A stretch of DNA of 64,000 bases from positions 104,842,001 to 104,906,000 of the forward strand of contig OX597816.1 in the NCBI GenBank assembly GCA_951406725.2, in the 5' to 3' direction. The notes beneath the pieces are model-generated. The model saw nothing but the letters and a program-made list of their open reading frames with translations. It was not told where the DNA came from and searched no databases. The stretch comes from Octopus vulgaris. Taxonomy: Eukaryota. Made by a program: the position numbers and the translations under genes. Below are positions 58,043-64,000 of this stretch, one piece after another (position 1 is the first letter of the stretch; every line of letters begins with the position of its first letter).

Positions 58043-59382
58043 GCTAGGTAGGTTTAAGAAGTATATGTCCTCATATTGACTGCAATCGTATCACATACGA
58101 TAACGGACGTTGCATAGGAACATATAATTTTACAATATTATTACAACTAAGGTTATTTTTTCGATAGAAATTAAAATTCTTTAATCTACTAAATCGAAAA
58201 CAAAGAGTGGAGAGTAAATACGGTAACGTGTAAATTTGCTCGATTACAACACCCTGAATGAAAGACAACTCCATATTACAAGAATATTTTTATCAAATAT
58301 CGTAGATGCAAGCTCAGTCACGTGGCAAACTGTGTCCAGGACTCAGTATTATTTCCAGTTACGTCTGTTTCATATTAATTACGTTACGTGATGTTATAAT
58401 AGTAACTTAAATTACTAATATCTTGCAGAAAGGCTTAAGGGCCACAACATTATTTCTGTGAATACAGTATATACACGTATCAAAACGATTAGTCGAATAG
58501 ATTCTTGATTCTGCTTATTGTCCTTGTGTCTAAAACAAACATAGAAATAATAGCACTTTACCATATGCTTCTTATCAAGCTGTTATTAGCAAAATACTGG
58601 ATTAACTCTGGAAGGTTTGGACGTAACATGTCGACTTTTCCTAGAAGATATTCAGTTCAGACTTCTACTAAGCATTTTTCAGTCCAATTTCCTGCGGAGC
58701 CGACACGAATGCAATTCCGGACTGTTGTAATCTGTTGCCAGGTTATAGTGCTTCTGGCCAGGCTAAAGCAATTAAAACCAAAATGGAATAAGAACTATAT
58801 GCAAGACATCAGATTAATGTCGCTGTGGTGTTTTATTGATTTTCTCTACCACTAAATCATTTACATTATGAAACATTTCAAAGTAATTCTTATAGATTTT
58901 GATTCAATTATAATATTTCTTCAGCTTACAATACTTGCTCAACTGCCAAACTGAACATTGAACAGATTATCTTAGAGAACCAGGTAGATTTTAAAACTTT
59001 TACATTCCCATATATATGTATGTATATATATATAATTTTTTCTTTGTGAGCATGTCAGAAACGACCCTGGAAATCTCATACATCATCAACTGTAATAAAT
59101 CACCATGGAATATACTTAATAATACTGATTTCGTTTATTTATTTATGCAAGATAAAATGATTATCAGTGCCTGAATAGACAGCAATTAAACACTATTTCT
59201 CTAATTAAGTTTTCACCAGAGACGAAATGAAGGATTAATAATAAATCTTTCATCGATATGTAATTGCCTTCCATGGGAAACAGTTCCATGTATTTCCAGA
59301 ATATTTTCTAATTTAGCATTTTTCCTTCTTTAGATTTGCCTTTTCATCATCACTTTAATCAATATTATTGCTGTAGTTGTTT

Positions 59383-59394
59383 TTATTATTATTA

Positions 59395-59464
<70 letters not shown>

Positions 59465-59508
59465 CATTATTATTATTATTATCATTATTATTATCATTAT
59501 TATTATTA

Positions 59509-59539
<31 letters not shown>

Positions 59540-59562
59540 CATTATTATTATTATTATTATTA

Positions 59563-59606
<44 letters not shown>
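59383..59606. repeat. (ATT)n/(ATC) microsatellite
   Basis: Direct sequence. Confidence 0.97.
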
Positions 59607-59789
59607 TTACTTATGGTGAACGAAATACTTTAAACAGCTTTGTGTAAGATTTGGATTTATTAGTTTAATTCGATTAAAAAAGATGTTCGTTTATATATTC
59701 TATTTTTCTTCTAAGGAACGTGTGAGTGACTGTTCTGTTTATTATAATAAACATGAAGCTAGTCCTTAACATCGTTACAGCTGTGACCC

Positions 59790-60145
59790 CTGTACTTTTT
59801 TCAGTCTACTTTTATTTTATCGGTCTCTTAGCCGAACCGCTATGTTACAGAGACAAACAAACCAACACCGGTTGTGACTCGGTGATAGGAGACAAACACA
59901 GTCACAAAGACACACACTTACACACACACACAAACACACACATATTTATACGACGAGCATGTTTCAGTTTTCGTCTACCAATCCACTCAAAGGCTTTCTG
60001 TCGCCTAGTAGAGGAAACTATAGACGGCTTTAATAGGATACACTTGCACAATGTGCTATGCAGTGGGATACACTTGCACAATGTGCTATGCAGTGGGACT
60101 GAACCCAAAACCATGTGGTGGAGAAGCGACGTTTTCACCACACAC
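59790..60145 (-). mobile_element. SINE family B (old) with internal 30-bp tandem duplication
   Basis: GCCGAACCGCTA...TCTACCAATCCACTCA...GCAGTGGGACTGAACCC. Confidence 0.8.
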
Positions 60146-60147
60146 CG

Positions 60148-60217
<70 letters not shown>

Positions 60218-60333
60218 TGTTGTTGTTATCACTATTATTATTATCATTATTGTTGTTGCTGTTGTTATTTTCATATACGCTCAACAGTTTAAATTAGACT
60301 GTTGGAAAAGAAAAACATCATAACATCAGGTTT

Positions 60334-61742
60334 CAAGTAACCTTAGATGTCAAGCACCCTCCTGTTGGGCTACAACAAGTAACCTTAGATGCCAAGAACC
60401 CTCCTAAGTATCCTAACTGTCCCTAATAACACTATTTTCTGGAGCAGTACTAAACTGGATGTTATGACTATTTCCTCTATCCATCCTGTCAGATCTTTAG
60501 GGATAGTTCCCAATGCACCGATAACTAATGGCATGCATTTTACCCGCATTTTCTATAGTCCCTGTAATTTGATAGTTAGGTCCTGGTACTTTGCTATTTT
60601 TTCTATATTTCTCATATTGATATTTTCATCATTTCGGATTGTAAAGTCAATTATCTGGGATTTTCTATTCCTTTTACCTGCTACTGCCAAATCAGGCTTC
60701 TAGCTTCTATTACTCTGTCAATCTGAATGTTAAAGTCCCGCGATATCTTGCATTTCTTACTTTCTAGTACTTTACTACGTTCACGTTCATACCATTTATC
60801 AGTATGTTCAAATCCTAGATTTCTACATAGCTTCCAGTGGATTACTCTCTCTAGATTATCATGTCCTTTCTAGTTTTATTACACACATACACACTTTGGA
60901 TTTTTTTGGTTTCCCTATATCTTGCTGTGACTAACAGCTTTTAATAAACTTTCTTCACTATTGCTTACATAGACGTCTATATCTACTCTAGATAGCTCAA
61001 CGTAGTCTTCTACTGATATTAACCCTCTTCCGCCTTCCTTTCTCAGTAGATATAATCTTGCTACTTCTGCCCTTGGGTGGAATCCTCCATTCATATTGAA
61101 TTCCTTCCTAGTTTTTCTGTCTAGCTTTACTAATTCAGTTTTTGTCCAATCTACAAAAGCTGCTGAGTATCTAAGTAATGATACTGCCCAAGTATTTACA
61201 GCCTTCACTAGATTCGGACCATTTAGATTTGACTTCATTAGCTTCCTCACCATTCTGATGTACTCCTTCTCAATTTTTATTTTCATTTCTGCATTTAGTA
61301 CCGTGTTAAATTCTAGTACTTCTAGATACTTATAACTCTCTCCCCCTTTCAATGATTTTAATGTCTGACCATCCGGTAATTCCCTGTATTAGGGAATCTA
61401 TCTCCTTTTCATTCTTACTAAAAAACTTCACATCATCCATGTAGAGCAAATGGTTACTTTTTCTCTCGTTGTTTCTGAACTGATACCCTGCCTTTGCCTT
61501 CCTTAATACTAAACTGAGGGGCATCAAACATAAGACAAATATTGAAGGGGTCAACGAGTCCCCTGGAAATTTCCTCTTTCGATATTAACTTTCCATAAGA
61601 GTGTGTCACCTGAGTATAGATCTACTTTCCATTTCTTCATGCTAAAGCTAATTAATTCTCTTATGTTGTCTTCTATACTGAATATACTCAAACATTCACT
61701 TATCCATGAGTGAGGGATCATTTCATAGGCTTTCCTATAATC
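60334..61742 (-). mobile_element. Second R4/Dong subfamily LINE, decayed, with internal deletion
   Basis: LDYRKAYEMIPHSWI, FQG, NHLLYMDDVK, YKYLE, AVNTWAV, GGRGLI, and the C-terminus VLLGTVRILRRVLGI*; an (ATT)n array lies nearby at 60148-60260. Confidence 0.9.
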
Positions 61743-61829
61743 TAAAGGACAACAAATGGGGTGTGTTTTTAGGTTACTACCAACCGTTATTTTTATCGAG
61801 ACACCATCTCTATCAAGATAGTTCGCCAC

Positions 61830-61925
61830 AGCGACAGAGTCCTTGATCTCTTGATTTTGGGCTCAGAGTGTTCCTTCTCTTAGGCTGCTTGCCACCCAAG
61901 GCTAACGAGTACAGCCTACCCAGAG
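61830..61925 (-). mobile_element. RTE-type 5' UTR-like fragment
   Basis: Minus strand GGGTGGCAAGCAGCCTAAGAGAAGGAACACTCTGA resembles the GGCAACCAGTCTAGGAGAAGGAAAACTCTGA motif recalled from RTE 5' regions. Confidence 0.4.
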
Positions 61926-62027
61926 CACTGGTTATTTGAATGCGCCAAATACTCTCCATTTCCTACAGTTTTCGTCAGATACTCGCCTTTTCTCACTCTT
62001 CTAAAAATATGGAACGCTTCATATTAC

Positions 62028-62195
62028 GCTGGACGAAATGCTGAACAGTATTTCGCCCGTCGCTACTTTCTGATTTAAAATTCCGCCTTTCATCCTTTCG
62101 GGGTTGATAAATTAGGTACCAGTGAAAACTGGGATCGATGTAATCGACTAGTCCCCTCCCCAAAAATTTCAGGCTTTGTGCTTTTAGTAGAAAGT
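62028..62195 (+). mobile_element. SINE family C; further degenerate copies to ~62650
   Basis: CCTTTTCATCCTTTCGGGGTTGATAAATTAGGTACCAG...GATGTAATCGACTAGTCCC. Confidence 0.8.
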
Positions 62196-63809
62196 ATTAT
62201 TATTATTATTTTGCTTTGGCTCAGGTTCGGTCTTATTCCTGGTAGGATTTATGTGGGTAACGAGTTACTACCTGTAACCTTAGGTACCCACAAGTTTTCA
62301 GTAGTCTTTCAAGTGCTTAGAACCCTCCTGCTAATCCTTGCTGTCCCTTGCGTTATTTGTCTCGGATCTTTACTTTGTGAATTCGAATTCCGCCGTGATA
62401 AATTCCGCCTATCCTTTCGGTGTAGATAAATTAAAACGCTAGTCACGTGCTGAGGTCAAATGTCATTGATTAATCCTCTCCCTTTAAAATTGCTAGCCTT
62501 GTTCTAAGATTTGAAAACCGTTATTGTTATTAAGCATCCCAAAAATGCTTTCGATAAAGTACAGTACCAGTCACGTACTTGGGCAGTGGTATCGCTTAAT
62601 CCTCTTCCACCAAATTTGATGTCCTTCTGCTAAAATTTGAAATAATCATTATTGTTGTTGTTATTGATTTTGCTGCAACTGCTGCTGCTGGTGATGAAGA
62701 TGATGATGACGACCACGACGACCACGACGATGATGATGATTTTTTTCCTGTTGTTGTTGTCATCATCATAATCATTCTGTTATAAAAGCAGCTCTTCCAA
62801 ATATTTTATTGACAGTTTGCAATTTGATTCCTTTTTAACACATTCGAAAAGCTGTTTTATACGGTCGAATAGTTAATTATAATTTCGGAACTAATCTGAT
62901 TCTTTCAGACCATGCATAATCTTAGTTTTACAACTAGTGTATTATATTTAAAAGAACGATTTCTATTTCAATGATAATAATGCTTTATCACTTTTATTGA
63001 ATTTTATCTTTTTTTATATATTTTTACAATATTGTGAGCGCATGAGATTAGTGTAGTTTTCATATTTGCAAGCACATTTTACGAGGCTGTTGATTCACAT
63101 TGCAAAGAAAACCGTTGAATCCTATTCATATTTCATATAAAACACTTTATTTTTTTAATACGCAGTGTCTGTTATGCTAGTTCATTCCATAGTAACGGTT
63201 CCTTATTTTATACAATTCAATCATCATTCCCGCCCAGATGCTTCTATAAGATGTATTATGTCTACAGCTTGTTGTCTGACCCATTCTCATTTATTGTGAC
63301 AGAATTATGATTCTCTAGAAATATTTCATTTTTCACATCATTTTTTTTTTATGCTTGTGTCTTTAACGTGCGAGTAGATTTATACAAAGCATATTTCTTC
63401 AATGAACTTAACACTTTCGTAAAGTATCAGGATAGTATTGTTTTCATTTTCTTTCAAACGTTATAAATCTATGCTCAGGACTTAACATTCATCGATAAAT
63501 ATACGAATGCATATTTAACACTATACATATTTCTACTATTATTTTCCAAGTTAGTTTTCAATGACAGGCTGTATTTTTTAAAGACCTAGATATATTTACA
63601 TTATTTAATTTTACATATTAACTTGCTTTTCTGCCGTGTTTATTTTATATTTAAACAGACGAATTCCTGGTTCAGTGCAAGTCTGACAGAGAACAAGTGA
63701 TATGAGGATACCACTAGCTTTTCTGTTTTTGCCGAAAGATATGCGCGTGTGTACGCGCACATAATACATGCATATACGTACATAACTAAATTACATACAA
63801 ACATACGTA

Positions 63810-63895
63810 CATACATACATACATACATACATACATACATACATACATACATACATACATACATACATACATACATACATACATACATACATACA
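63810..63895. repeat. (CATA)n microsatellite
   Basis: Direct sequence. Confidence 0.97.
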
Positions 63896-64000
63896 TTCAT
63901 GCGTGATGGCTATCAACTCGTAGACAAATATGACCACTTGTGACAAATTATCTTACCCTAGATGTTAAAGTTAATGGCTGTCTATGCCGAAATTTAAAGT

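Overview
AT-rich, repeat-saturated eukaryotic DNA. The tRNA-derived SINE families and the extreme microsatellite load look most like an octopus (cephalopod) genome; this is an inference from pattern recognition. I see no intact host protein-coding gene, and nearly all ORFs in the supplied track are microsatellite artefacts. The window holds at least three tRNA-SINE families (about 25 copies) and a young, 5'-truncated R4/Dong-clade LINE (RT + CCHC + restriction-like endonuclease) sitting in a (TAA)n array, with several older relatives. It also holds Penelope-like element (PLE) fragments (RT and GIY-YIG), a Helitron Rep fragment, non-autonomous Helitron/Helentron copies, RTE, L1/Tx1 and mariner relics, and MITE-like foldbacks. 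Three signals stand out. (1) Minimal hammerhead-ribozyme motifs with palindromic helix III lie in PLE-derived units embedded in (TA)n; the one at 25813-25848 has an intact core. (2) Different retroelements appear to occupy different microsatellite types. (3) Two blocks of decayed coding-like sequence (about 10.8-12.8 kb and 29.4-30.9 kb) resemble a pseudogenised Cys-rich Methuselah-like/adhesion GPCR. All calls were made by eye, without database searches.
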